A stretch of 64,000 nt of DNA from assembly GCF_011386835.1 (NCBI RefSeq), contig NC_088800.1, positions 52,328,001-52,392,000 on the forward strand, given 5' to 3'. Below the pieces are notes generated by a model. That model saw nothing but the letters and a program-made list of their open reading frames with translations, searched no databases and was not told the DNA's origin. The position numbers and the translations under genes were made by a program. This document shows positions 1-12,524 of the stretch, piece after piece. This DNA is from Chrysemys picta bellii. Taxonomy: Eukaryota. Position 1 is the first letter of the stretch. The number at the start of each line of letters is the position of its first letter.

Positions 1-1153
1 GTGAAATGTACGTCCTCCTCAAAACCCAGCTTCAGCTCCCTGGAATCCCCGTTGTTCTAGCTTCTTGTCTCTCGTGGGGGAATGTGGATTGGCTGGGGCG
101 GCCATTAGTTGTTCCCTTCCACACTCAAGCACCTTCCACTAACAGAGCTGCTAGTCTGCCCAAGTCAAAACTAAGCCACAGGCTCATGCTGAATATTAAC
201 GTCGTGGGTCCTGTTTTCAAACCTGGAACCTCAGATGGCCAATTCATGCTTCCGGATGCACATATCAGGCAACCAAACACCTGTTTTAGGCACACGACAG
301 CATGGGGACTTCAGCACTACAGTGTGAAAATTGAGCTCGTCACTGAGTTTCTTTAGGGTTTTGTGTTTATGGAATGAGTCTCACAATCCCTTATAGTCTT
401 GCCTTTCCCATGAGAGAACGTGGATTCTTATACTCTTAGACACCTGCCCCCACTGACAGACAAGGTTTACTCCAATGCTCTTCCTCTAGCTGCCAGACAA
501 CGGCAGTGACTTGTCCCAAGAGAAAGGAATATTGCATGTATCTCACTCAAATAGCAACATTTCCTGTCTCACTTGGCTCCTGCTGGTGAACTCGTCTGTC
601 CATGTGTGTAAGTGCCTGAGGTACAACTACATGAGAACTTGGTACAACAACCAGGGAAGGGGGAGAAGCATAAAGAGCACAGCCATGATGGACCCAGGGT
701 CTCAGTCCTCCACCAATCGTAAGAGGCTAGCTTGAGATTTCTAAGGTATTAAGCAGACAACGTACATCATCTTCTTTACATTATCTTAGCAAGGGGGACA
801 TTACCTCATGAACAGCACAGCTAGCCCTTGGCTATATCCTTGCCAAGGTGTGCACCACTATCTCAAGGAGCATCTGGTTTCTATGGGAAGCCATGACCTA
901 TGGCAAGTCACCACCTCTGCCAGATGGGCCCCTTTCTAATTGCAGCAAGCTGTAGAAAGGAATTGCTGTGGCTCTCAGCGGGATCCCTGGATTATCAGTA
1001 GTGATCTCTACTGCAGAGAGGGCACTTTCAGCTCCTTCCAGGCACACGTAGGTGCTTAGGAGCCAAGAGAGGGGATTAAAGACATCACTCATGCTAAAGA
1101 GGAAGCGGTTTGAGGTAAACAGGAATACACTTTCTCTAGACACCACACAGTAC

Positions 1154-1294
1154 CTCATCTCTGGAGACCGAGCTGATTTCTGCAGCCAGGGACTCGGAGA
1201 AGGAAGCTGAGAAGAGGTTCTTGGCTCCCTGAATGCTAAGGTTTATAATCTGTCCATTCAGTTCGTCATTTTGTTCTTTCAGATTGCGGTTATC
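1154..1294 (-). CDS. RAB11FIP3: RAB11FIP3 penultimate coding exon, 141 nt (DNRNLKEQNDELNGQIINLSIQGAKNLFSASFSESLAAEISSVSRDE), start of the Rab11-binding domain
   Basis: Acceptor gtgagcag|GAT, donor GAG|gtactg; phase 0 to 0; SLAAEI motif of the FIP Rab11-binding domain. Confidence 0.95.
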
Positions 1295-1339
1295 CTGCTC
1301 ACAACAAAAAACAAGAATCAATACGTTCATAATTTACAT

Positions 1340-1510
1340 TTCTAGAGCTCCACAGATGGCAGGTGTTGTAGGTGCTTTACGAAAGGGGTGCTCTACATTT
1401 TACAGCTGGTGGAATAGAGGGATAGTGAAGTTAAGTGAAATGGTCAAGGTGCCCTGGTGACTAAATGGCAGAGCAAGACCAGAATACAGCTCTCCTGACT
1501 CTTGTTCTCC
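1340..1510 (-). mobile_element. Degenerate MIR/CORE-SINE-like fragment
   Basis: Resembles the reverse-strand MIR core (cattttacag...agtgaagttaagtga...ggcagagc...ctcctgactc). Confidence 0.5.
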
Positions 1511-2069
1511 CCTGAGCTAGCAGAGCCCTGGGAAGCTTTATTCAGTAGAGGAATGAATACATGCAACATGCTGGGGAGATTTGAACCCTCTTTTGTTCTG
1601 ACCAGATTGATCTGTGATGGATCAGCGTTTCACTGGGGTATCTCCAGATACTGAAGTGAGGCTGAAATCTGTGCCTCACCAGCCATGGAGATCGTGTTCT
1701 GCAGTCCTCTGTTGAGCTGAGAAAGGCAAAGCATTCCCCCACAGTGAAACATGCTCATGTTCTCTGTGATACTTGGGCGGGCTATGACGATTCTCTCCCA
1801 GAAGAGGGTTTTAGGCCAAACAGACATGGTAGCTGTGACTATAGTGCTGAGATGTCTCCCCAGTGCCTCTCCTGTTTCCCATACACAATCCTAGCTGTCC
1901 TTTGCCAATGCTTAATCACACCTCCAGTGGCTAAAGAACAGGCCGGTGCAGTCCCAGGAGTCTACACCAGATAGTGAGGCTGGATATGGAAGTCCAAGTT
2001 GCTGTTGTGGTGTTGAATTGGTTGGCATCTAGTAGCCAAACCAAAACATCGCCCCCAGAATCCCAGTAC

Positions 2070-2225
2070 CTGCTTGAGCCGCCTAATCTCTTGCTCCAGC
2101 TCCGTCTCCCGTGTCCTGCTATTGTACTCTTGGAGACCCACGCTGCTGCTTCTGCCTCTTCGCTGCTCCGCTTCAAGTTTGAACAGCTGCAGGTGCTCCA
2201 GCTGCTTTCGGAGGTCCTCAATCAG
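2070..2225 (-). CDS. RAB11FIP3: RAB11FIP3 exon, 156 nt (LIEDLRKQLEHLQLFKLEAEQRRGRSSSVGLQEYNSRTRETELEQEIRRLKQ)
   Basis: Acceptor cattgcag|CTG, donor CAG|gtactg; phase 0 to 0. Confidence 0.95.
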
Positions 2226-3154
2226 CTGCAATGCAATGAAGGAGAGCGATGGTGCCTGAGGGCCATAGTGCCACAGCGCTAAGCACTGAGTGAGCCTCCC
2301 TGCTGCACCAGAGAGGTGTGAGACAGCAGGAGGAGAGAGAACAGTCAATAGGAAGTGTACAGAAATCCCAGTTATGTTCTCAGTGTTATATTCCTGTCCT
2401 TTTCCTGTTAACACTGACTGTGCCCAAGTTCCTACCTCAGGCCTTTGCCATTACACCTTTACATCCACACAGAAATATGCCATGTTGAGCAGGCTGGTGA
2501 ATCCTGACTTGTGCAGGCCTTAGAATGTGAATGCAGAGACAGACGCTGGAGTGAATTTTAATGTACATGAAAGCAAGGGACTAGGGACAGGCTGATGCCA
2601 CACACAGGGCAGGTGCTGTGCCAGCTCCCAGTCCAGCTAAGCCAATGCACCCTTGCAGACTGCCTTCCAACGAGGCACTGCCAAACAGCAGTGGTTTGAA
2701 GAGTGGCAAACCAGCTAGAACAAGATGATCAAATACACTTTCACCTGTTACTCAATTTAAATCCCCTGTTGCTGGAGGAATAAGGCAAGAGCTGTTCCAC
2801 CCAGCTGTGTCCATTGTAACTGTGAACACTAGACACACAAGCACGTGGAAACGAAAAAGCATGCAGGTAAGGGCAGCTGAAAGCATCAATTAATTTCTCT
2901 CCCTCCAGTTCATTGTATTTCTTCCATTTGGCAACAGCAGAGGCCACATTACAAGGTGCTGATAACAAGGTGAATTCATGGTGCAATTTGTATCTAGGGT
3001 TATCGAGGAACTAGAACAGCACTGAGCCCTGTGTACAGGACGCAGCATGTTGACCTCTGAGGAAAGTGCTTGTAAATAGCTGCAGTTTCTGCCGAGGACT
3101 CCAGGAAGACAGGTGTGGACAGGCTGAATGGTGTCAACTGTTCACTCTGCTCAC

Positions 3155-3292
3155 CTCTTGAGTGGACTCCTTCTCCTTCTGGAATTGGTGTCTCTCCTGG
3201 GTCAGTTTGTCTCCCATTTTTCTCTTGCTTTCCTGCTCCTCATTGAATTGAGCAGTGAGGTCTTCTATCTCATCTATCAACTTCTGCTTCTC
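3155..3292 (-). CDS. RAB11FIP3: RAB11FIP3 exon, 138 nt (EKQKLIDEIEDLTAQFNEEQESKRKMGDKLTQERHQFQKEKESTQE)
   Basis: Acceptor tgttgcag|GAG, donor GAG|gtgagc; phase 0 to 0. Confidence 0.95.
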
Positions 3293-6233
3293 CTGCAACA
3301 AAGTTTAGCAAGATGAAATCACAAAACCTTCCCCACAGCACGGCAAGGCCCCTCTCCTGTCATTCGGAGAGGAAAGCACATATGCACATTGCCACATGGG
3401 AACATTCTTTTAGCCGACGTGCATTAGTTTGGACACTTTTGCCTGCTGTGCTTTCATCTGTTGTCTGAGAACATCACAGCCTCAGTGCTTTGCCAGCAGT
3501 AAACAAAATGGACCAGCATAGTCAGGAGAGATACGTAATAAATGACTCCTGCCATAAGCTCCATTTGAGCAACTTCTTGCATCTGTACAGAGCCCAGATG
3601 GCTTCAGTGACTCTGCACAGGGGCAGGACAGAGTTGTTGCAGAACTGGGGCCTAAGCAAGGGCTACCGGATGAAAATTACATCAAATCAAAGGAATCCCT
3701 TAGTTTAAACAACAGCTGCCCTCTCAGAGAAGTTTATAATAGAGCCAGAACTCTGATCTCATTAAACCCTTTTTTATCCTGGGTTTTAGCTGAGCATGGA
3801 TTTCACAGAGAGCAAATAGACAATGAAAGAACCCGAGCAATGTAAATTAGTATCTAAAACTGAACTACACCCATGGATTTTCAGAAGAACCCTTTTATTA
3901 TTCTCCACCTTGGCTCGATGGTTGAACAGGGAAGTCAACTGAATTTGTTCAAACTTTAAAACCAAGTAAAACTCATTATTTAATTGTGACCAGAGCCTTG
4001 TGAGTGACAAGGTTTCTTTACGCTGCTGCTACTTTTCCCCATATGATCAGCCCCTCTCCCCAATGTGTCATGTGCTGCTCATAAGTTTTAACTTGGTTCC
4101 AACTTTAAAGGTGATTGCTGGAGTCACTTATTTTTATACATGCCAAAATTGTCCAAAAAAATTGTAGGTGCTTCATGTTATATGCCTGGAGAAGTGACCT
4201 AATTTTCAGGAGTGCTGAGCACCAACAGCCCCCAGTGAAAATTCAGTCACTTAATTAGGTGCAGACACTCAACTTTGCAAAATGTGTTACTAGTTTGTAA
4301 CATGCATTGACATTTTCTGTGATGAAAGGTGCTTTGTCAATGTGAAATAATATTAACAACAAACAGGAAATCTATGTTTCAAACAAAAACAAAGGAGACA
4401 TCCAGTTTATCAGCAGAGGGTTGCATCCTCCATGGAGAGCTAATTGCATCTGTTACTGCTCATTAGCCACATTAACTCTAATTTAAGCTAAAATAGAGAT
4501 GAGCAATAACATGTTATGAGGAGAGGACAGTCAAGAATAAACACATCTCAGGTGGCTGAATGCACCTAGGAATCCTCACAATTTACACCCTTTCCCTCAG
4601 ATCTAGTGTTGCTGTTTGAAACGTGGGATTGTTATTATTGTGTGTTATTAAATTATATTCTTTATACAGCATCTTTTCTGCCAGGAAAATCTCAACCCAT
4701 CTCTCACTGGGTGGAGTTCTACAGCTTGTTTTATGCAGGATCTCAAACTAGATCAGGGATAGTCAATTGTTTTTTGCTCAGGTCCAAATTTCTTGGTCAG
4801 GGTAAAGTGAAGGTCCAGACTCCAGAGAAAATTATACAAAAATAATAACAATAATGATAATAAGTAAATAAAGAGATTTCTGAATCCGTTCAAAAGCATC
4901 TGGCAGTCTGGATTTGGCCCACAGTCCACCTACTCACTATCCCTGGACTAGATGACCAGCATAGGCCCTTCTGGCCTTGAAGTTTATGAAGCTAAGAAAA
5001 ACTTGGGGGGCAAATTTTAGGCCCTTGAATCCATATTTAGGCACGTAGATCAAATCTTATTTCTTCAGGGAACCTTATATATTGGCAAATATAAGCCAGA
5101 AATTAACATAATTTAATACATACCTATTATATTACACACCAACACAATACATCCATATTCCATTATACATACCCCTTTCCGCACGCACACAAGTTAGTGT
5201 AAAATGTGTTCTCTGCTAAAACTGACAATTAAAAAATACAATGGTGATAAAGTCTCCCATGACATCCCCTTTGGAGTTACACACACAGTGGAACGTGGGT
5301 ATTGTGACACAGGAGGAAAGCTGATAATCATTTCAGTGAGCTGCATTGGGAGAGTGTCCAACCTGTTAGGGTGAACCTGTGTGCACTGCCAAGTTGGTTA
5401 GTAAAGCTTCCCTACAAGAAGGTTCCACCGTCCTGTGTTATGTTTTCAGTCAGCAGGACCCAAGCCGGAAATGAACTTCCCCAAAATTTGCCACAAGAGG
5501 GCAGAATTTCATTCATAAAACAGCAAAGAGAGTGATACAGGTACCATATATAAGGCAACAAAAAACAGCAGCACTGCTTGTTTGTGTGTATGAGGTTCTA
5601 AGGGCGGCTGACAGGATTACTGCTGAAGTATATTTAGGACTGCATTGCCTCAGAGAGGTTGGTCCTGGATCTACAGATTTTACAGCGACAAACACAGTGA
5701 CTCAGTAAGTATCTACAGCATTAAGGCCTAGGTCCTGGTTTCTATTTAGGGTAGGACTAGAGGAGGAAATGGCTCTTTGCTTGTTTGCCTTGCTTGTTAT
5801 ACAGAACTTGGGATTCATATAGGTCTGTTGTGCAAAGCGTTCCATCTCTGTTGTTTGCAACTGGCACTTAGCCTTGACCACAATTCCTGACTCCGAGGGA
5901 AAACCACAGCGAGCTCTCATTCTGCATGGGCTACACTGCCTTGGAAGCTGGGCAGAACACAGGTGTCAGTGATTAATACACCAACAGGTTAACTTGAGGC
6001 AAGTTGGAATGTGCACTGCAGAGACGCTAAAGTATGATAAGCTCAGGAAAGCCAGCAGTGGGCCAGGGTGCTGAGTCATAGTGGCACAATTAATGCCACA
6101 TCCCATGCAGAGATGCGCATTCACGCTTCACCGCTAAGGAATCTCTGGCACAGAACAGATCCCTCAGCCTGTTTTCAAACACACCAAAGTACGAGCCTGA
6201 AGTATCTTTCTAGGTGAGAAGGCTCTCCCTCAC

Positions 6234-6315
6234 CTCCTCCAGCCTCTCGATACTGGCTTTCAGACAAGGGACGCAGGATCTCAGCTCGCTGTTCTCGTCC
6301 TCCAGCTGCTGCAGT
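6234..6315 (-). CDS. RAB11FIP3: RAB11FIP3 exon, 82 nt (LQQLEDENSELRSCVPCLKASIERLEE)
   Basis: Acceptor gttgccacag|A, donor GAG|gtgagg; phase 2 to 0. Confidence 0.95.
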
Positions 6316-7732
6316 CTGTGGCAACGAATGAACACACTTAGAAACTCCGCTACTAGAGCCCTGAGACTAGAGAAAGTCATGCAAGCAGCAAAAATAACAA
6401 GAGCATATTAGTGAAGACCGGAGTGTGGATGTAGACTGAGGATGGACTCTGCCTTTGTCCACCCCACTCCTCCTCACCAGTAATCACGGGGAAGGAGGAG
6501 ACACCTACCCAGACTTAGCTGGAGTTGTTTGAAGCCCTCTGCCTAATTTTTGCCTGCTGTGACAGATATCTCACCCCCAAGGCACCAGGCCATCCTTCAG
6601 GCTCAGCACTGACTACCTTCATTGCCCCATAGTAGCAAATCCCAGCTCTGGGCACCAAAGGGTGAAACTTGTTATCTGAGCACAGGCTCTTTGCATTCCA
6701 ATTATTTCCCCCATTTTTGATGCCTCTCCTCTCGGTATTTTTCCCTCAGAGGCCAAGTGCCAGGGATTGGCACACAGCAACCCGGAGGAGTCCAGAGATG
6801 GCCTCACCTAGTGCCCCAGATTCAGATCTCTCAAATTCACATGGGTAGTCTTCCTCCTATATTATCTTCCTGGTCCTTTCTTGTCACTCATGGCCAGTTA
6901 GGACTGAGCAAGAATGAAACGTTCTGCATTTGCTGAATCCCTAGTGAAAACCGCCCAGCCAGAGAGAAGAGACATCCCTCGCCCAGGACAGGTTGGCTCT
7001 GCCCAGGAAGCCAGCCTGAGGGTGTGGGAGAGCCTGCAAGCTGGTGATTGCCTGATGCGATCAGTCACTAGGAGCAAGGGTATTACTCAAGCTGGTTTTT
7101 CAGATCAGATCTCCCCATGCTGCTGTTACAATTCCTCTGGGACAGCCCCAGACAGTGCTGTGGCTCTGTTCCTTCTAGAATAACCAAACACTGCTCAGAC
7201 GCTTCTGTAACTGCTCCTCCCTCTCAGGGCTGTTCAGGCGGAGGAAAGCTGTAGTCCTCGCCTTGGGCTCATGCCTGTTGAAGTCAAAGGCAGAATTGAC
7301 TTCCCTGGGAGCAGAACAGATATTTTGTGCATGTCTTTGCGAAGCTGACTCATGTGACAATGTCAAACTGAGCTCCAGGGACTAGTCATGCGAACGGGCA
7401 GGAGGTTCAAGCGAACACCCTCGTTATTCACACTGTTAGGGGCGGATCAAGAGGGAGCATGCATGAGCTAATGGAATTCAAATGGAAAGTTCTCTCTGGC
7501 TGGAGACAACTGTCAAAGGTGAGTTAATTTACTACTTTGGGACAAAGTTACAGAGGAAGGAGGTAGTCAAAACCAGGGTTTAGAATTACATGGGGGCCAG
7601 CTTTATTAGAGACAGCATAGCCATGGCTGGAGTTTATTCTGGAAACTCACCCACAGCTGTGTTCTAGTTGTCACTGATTAGTGATACACCCCCAAAGCGT
7701 CACCATGTGGAGGATATGGCAGCTGTACCAAC

Positions 7733-7873
7733 CTGGCTTGCAGATTCTCAATCTCAATACTCTTCTCTCTCTCCATCCTGGTCAGGAGCTCTCTTTGTTT
7801 TCTGATTTCCTCTAGGAGCGTCTCATCTGCTTTCAACTCTTGCTCCTTCAGCTGTTCCTCCAGGGCATTAGCT
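7733..7873 (-). CDS. RAB11FIP3: RAB11FIP3 exon, 141 nt (ANALEEQLKEQELKADETLLEEIRKQRELLTRMEREKSIEIENLQA-R)
   Basis: Acceptor ccttttctccaaag|A, donor AG|gttggt; phase 2 to 2. Confidence 0.95.
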
Positions 7874-9314
7874 CTTTGGAGAAAAGGAAAGAAGGGGTTT
7901 AGCCAAGTCTGACATTACACAGCTGTCCCATTGGCATTCAGATATTTTAGGGAGAAGGATGTCCTCCTTTCTTTTCACCCTCCTCCCCTCTTCCTCCTAT
8001 TGCAAAGCCAGTAGAAGCCACCATGGAGTTCGAGGATCATCATAAAAGGATCAGCATCTGTACAAGACAAAGAACAGGCACCTGCAAGGCACTTACAGAC
8101 ACCTGGGGGAAAGCAGCTAGCACATCCTCACAACCATCCAATCCCTGAGCACTCTGTGATGCTGAACCACTTGGAAGCCACTGCCTATTTCGCATTTAAA
8201 TCACTGGGAACCCAGGCAATGGATGCTGGTATCCTATCATCGCAGGTTTCTACAAGCTTCAGTGGTCACATTAAAACTAACCAAAAGGAGGAATGAAGCG
8301 AGGATTGAGAAGAAAACAAAGTAAAAGATTATCTTAAAACTTGTGTCTTAGTAGGTAGCAGAGTCAGAGTACTGCACAGAATAAACTACTGAGGCTAATT
8401 ACTCTAATTAATTAATTATCTTCTTTTTCACCTGGATTTGTAGTGGAGTATGAAATTCACATGCCACTTATGGGTAATTCCTTTGGGCACCAGCATCAGT
8501 GATAATTGTATAGCTCTAGGAATACAATATTTGGCTGTCTGCAGGTTGCCAATAAATTAAGCAGGGCCTACATAACAATGATTATTTAATTGTTGCAGAG
8601 AAATATTATAATACAAGACAGAGAGGATGTTTAATAGATGTTGGGATTTGTAAGACTTCTAGCATCTTAATTTTAAATTAAATCAAATCTAGGACCTAAA
8701 GAAAGTGACCATTTCCCTCTGAATTCTCAATCACCAGGGGAGTATGGAGGGTTATTTTTCCAGGCCACATCCATAACTGGCAAACATTTTTAATGTCACA
8801 TGGTTCTCAATGGAGCACACAAGTCTCAGAAGACATTCAAGCAGTGGACAGATGTTTGCTGTTAATCTGCTCCCTCAAACCTGTCCTTGGAAGCAGGTGA
8901 ATAAATAGTGCATAGAGTGGCTGTCATTTTATGACCTTTGATTACATTACTGTAAAGCTGCTTTTGCTTCCCAAAGCAGTGCACTATGAACCATCTTCAG
9001 CATCAGCAGCTGGGAAGCTGCAGTTTGCTTGGATATTGTTTTGTTATAGAGCTTATAAAAACACAGGACAAAAGCATGCAATGCAAACCTCTGATAGAGG
9101 GACACATTTTTCTAACTGATCAACTTGTTACCTAAGCCCTTTATTTGGATAAAAATAATTAATCCGTCTGGGCTACGTGATTAAAGCACTCAAGGGGGAG
9201 TTGTGTGTATTAAGGAAAACATCTTGTTACTGTGAAGTTTATCAGGGCTTAGGAAAACCTTTACTTGAATCACTGTTGTCCATGACACACATACTACTTA
9301 ACAATCGTATAGTC

Positions 9315-9638
9315 CAGGCCTGCACAACATGCGGCCCGGGGGCCGCATGTGGCCCATGTGGGCTCACTGTGCGGCCCGCGGGGGGTGAGTAGGTGGGCTC
9401 ACTGTGCGGCCCGCAGGGGGTGAGTAGGTGGGCTCACTGTGCGGCCCGCAGGGGGTGAGTAGGCAAGCAGGGGGCTGAGGAGGCAAATGGGCGGGCAGTG
9501 GCGGGGGGTGAGTAGGCGAGCTGGAGGGGTGGGGGGCTGAGGAGGCAAGCAGGCAGGCAGTGAGCCGGCGTCAGGGGAGAGGGGTTGTTTTCTTTGGAGT
9601 AATATGGCCCCCGCCGCTTTATGAGTTGTGCAGGCCTG
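9315..9638. mobile_element. hAT (Buster-type) MITE with three internal 35-bp tandem units
   Basis: Perfect 14-bp TIRs caggcctgcacaac/gttgtgcaggcctg; perfect 8-bp TSD gtatagtc (9307-9314, 9639-9646); units start at 9358, 9393 and 9428. Confidence 0.92.
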
Positions 9639-9866
9639 GTATAGTCCTATAGATAAACTCTTAATGGCTTTATCTGAGGAGCGTAAACACCCCTGGAGAA
9701 CAGAAGCCCCTCAGATTAAAAATCCCAGGGGTTAAATAAAATTTGCAGATTTATACTAGTCCCAACATCCAAAAGCAATAGGGGTATTTCGGGGGAAGGA
9801 GTGAGGAGTCAGGGACACAGTATAGACCTTCTTTAGCTCCCATTGAAATGCAGGGGTTGAAATTGT

Positions 9867-10052
9867 GGGGGAGGGATAGCTCAGTGGTTTGAGCATTGGC
9901 CTGCTAAACCCAGGGTTGAGAGTTCAATCCTTGAGGGGGCCATTTAGGGATCTGGGGCAAAAATCTGTCTGGGGATTGGTCCTGCTTTGAGCAGGGGGTT
10001 GGGCTAGATGACCTCCCGAGGTCCCTTCCAACCCTGATATTCTATGATTCTA
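9867..10052 (+). mobile_element. Tortoise polIII/SINE (tRNA-derived head plus CR1 3' tail)
   Basis: A-box tagctcagtgg, B-box gagttcaatcc; tail ...ccttccaaccctgatattctatgattcta matches the reverse complement of the CR1 3' end at 61543-61620. Confidence 0.92.
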
Positions 10053-10104
10053 AATGAAAGGCCAGAGTGGAAAAAACAAACAGTCACTTTCCCTTCACAA
10101 ATAG

Positions 10105-10250
10105 CAATGCTCAATATTATTGTTAATTATTTGTAATGTAGCAGCAGCAGCCAGGGGCCCCAGTGAAGGATCAGGGCCCTATTGCTCTAGGCACTGGACC
10201 CACAACAACAACAACAACGACAGCTATCCCTGCCATGAAGAGTTTACAGA
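10105..10250 (-). mobile_element. L2-like 3' tail relic
   Basis: tccctgccatgaagagtttacaga resembles the reverse L2 tail. Confidence 0.4.
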
Positions 10251-10707
10251 TTAGGTTATGTGTGGCTGGAGAGATTATTTAGAACTATTGGAACATAAAG
10301 CTAGCATTGTTACCAAAAGGTCAGAGACTCAGACCTGACAATCTGCAGATTACCTGAATTTCCAGCAGTTAGTCCGTGGCACAGAAAAGTGCACAGGTGA
10401 GGCATGGAAAATGACGCAGAGAAGGCCTTTTGCGAAGGCAGCAGTTTAGATGCCTGCTGGCTTTTGACAGGAATGGAATTTAGAACTGTGAGGGAGGGCA
10501 GATTTGCTAAGATTTAATAGTCTCTTCTTTATCTTTCTATTGACTCCTTTTCCACTGGCGTGCTTCCATCACACACTTAACCCAACAGAGGGAGTTCTGA
10601 GAACGGCTGCCTTTTCTTTAGAGACAATAACCTTAGAGAAAGTCGCGTGTGTGGCTCCTAATTCACACAGGGAGCAGAGGAAAGAGAACAATTCTAAAAT
10701 ACATTAA

Positions 10708-10924
10708 GGGCTTCCCTACCCGGTGCAGCAATACACGCTCCAGGGGTGCAAATTGTGAGGTGCACTAAGTAGAAGTCCCCTAGTGTGCACTAACGTTGAA
10801 GCAGGGAACTTTTGGTGGATGTCAGCAGGGTCTATGAAGGTCACTTGGCATGCAATGTGTTTGTGTGTGTGTGAGAGAATTCACACTCCTCTAGTGCACA
10901 CTGTTGCACAGTGCAGACAAGCCC
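10708..10924. mobile_element. PIF/Harbinger-like palindromic MITE
   Basis: Termini gggctt.../...gcagacaagccc flanked by taa/tta. Confidence 0.55.
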
Positions 10925-10983
10925 TTAGAAACTCCTCATGAGGATATATGTTTGCTCTTGTGACACAAGCCAAATACCCTCAC

Positions 10984-11087
10984 CTGTGCACCAGCTGCAG
11001 GTTTTCATGTTTTAACCGACTGTGCTGCTCTCCATTTGCAGCTGTGTCCTTTTCCAGCTCTGTTACCCTCTTCTCCAGGAAGACGAC
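10984..11087 (-). CDS. RAB11FIP3: RAB11FIP3 exon, 104 nt (VVFLEKRVTELEKDTAANGEQHSRLKHENLQLVH-R)
   Basis: Acceptor cttgcacag|GTC, donor AG|gtgagg; phase 0 to 2; start of coiled coil. Confidence 0.95.
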
Positions 11088-12524
11088 CTGTGCAAGCAAG
11101 AGAGAGGATTCAGATACCAGTATGTTCTTTCAGCTTTATTTCTCTTTCTTACAAGTGCAGGCCAAATGATAGTACTGAGAATTATTTCCACCCTGACAAA
11201 ACTCAAATGCAACCATTGAAGTAATAATTGAAGAAATTCAATTGGTTGCCTCTAAACTGAACTGTATTTTGCTCGACTTTGAGAGAATCATTATGTTCTG
11301 CGCTTCATCATGTCTCACCTATTACTGCTGAAATGTGCCCTAATCTAGAGGAGGTGACCTCATTCTCATTCAAGAAATTTACAAGTAGGCATTCCATTTA
11401 GGTACATCTCACAGATTTTTAAAAACACAGTTTGCACTTTGCTAGAATTTAGCTCCTAAATTTTAGAAGTGTTCCATAATACGAACACAGGGCCAAATGC
11501 TTCACTGGTGTTTCTCCTTTAAGGTCAAAGGCCACATCAGTGGTTGTCTTCATTAAGTTTTTGAACATTTGGCTCTATAGAGCCAGATCCTCAGCTGGTG
11601 GAAATCGCCATAGCTCCAATGGAACTGTGACAACGTATGCCAGCTGAGAATATGTATCACACTACCTCAAAGGGACACTATGTCCCTTTTGTCCTTTTCA
11701 CAGATGGAGAGAGACAAGGAAAAAGGAATAGACTGTTGCCAAGCCACAGATATTAGAAAGGGGACTCAAGGGCTGGTTTACAACCAGAAACTACTTTAAA
11801 TTCCTTTTAAACATTGACTAGATTTCACTTTGATGGTGTCCCTTTAAGAGATGCTCCTGCAGAGTTGCACAAAACAAGCTGGATACATTAACTTTCCTTT
11901 GGTTATAAAAAAATCTGCATTTTAGGGGTCTGAATGTTAACTTAGAATTATTTCCTTTCCTCCCCCCGAGTTACATAGCTCCCTGCTCTGCTCTCAGCCT
12001 TATTAGAAAGGCGATGTTACATGTGCTATCAGCAACGTGTTCTTCAGACCCTTCAACCACTTTGTCAGACTGCGGCACTCAGTGTTGTGACACCATCACT
12101 ACGGCTGCAGTGAAGAAGACTGAGAATTGTCATTGCGTTTGATAAACAAGCAGGAGGTGGGAATACTTTCCTGAGGACAAAGTATCTGTGTAAAAACTAA
12201 AGTTAATTTTTGAGATAAGAACAACAACTAATTCTTTTTTTGGATATGCCCAAAAATGAATTTTACATGTTACTTTAGAGTGAAGGACAAACGATGAACA
12301 AATCTATACCAAGTCCATGAATCTGGGGTATAAACCAAATCCTGACAATACTCTAGCCAAATGTTTCAAACCTGGGTGCCTGACGTTAGGCTACTAAATC
12401 TGTCTTTGGGCTCAGAATGGCCAGAAATGCTGAGCACCCATAAACCCCACTGAGGTGAAGGGGAGCTGCAGGAGTGCAGCCCCTCAAAACCAGAGCACTT
12501 TGAAACAGGAGCTGAATTTCAGGC

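Noticed and set aside
1974-2282. Plus-strand ORFs overlapping RAB11FIP3 exons (also 3128-3316, 27669-28052 and 37280-37495)
   Set aside because: Antisense shadows of coiled-coil-coding exons; no independent evidence.
9358-9462. Regular repeats resembling a CRISPR array
   Set aside because: Head-to-tail units with no unique spacers, in eukaryotic DNA.
9867-9942. tRNA-like sequence (also at 26781)
   Set aside because: The acceptor stem does not pair and the sequence runs into a CR1 tail, so it is a SINE head rather than a tRNA gene.
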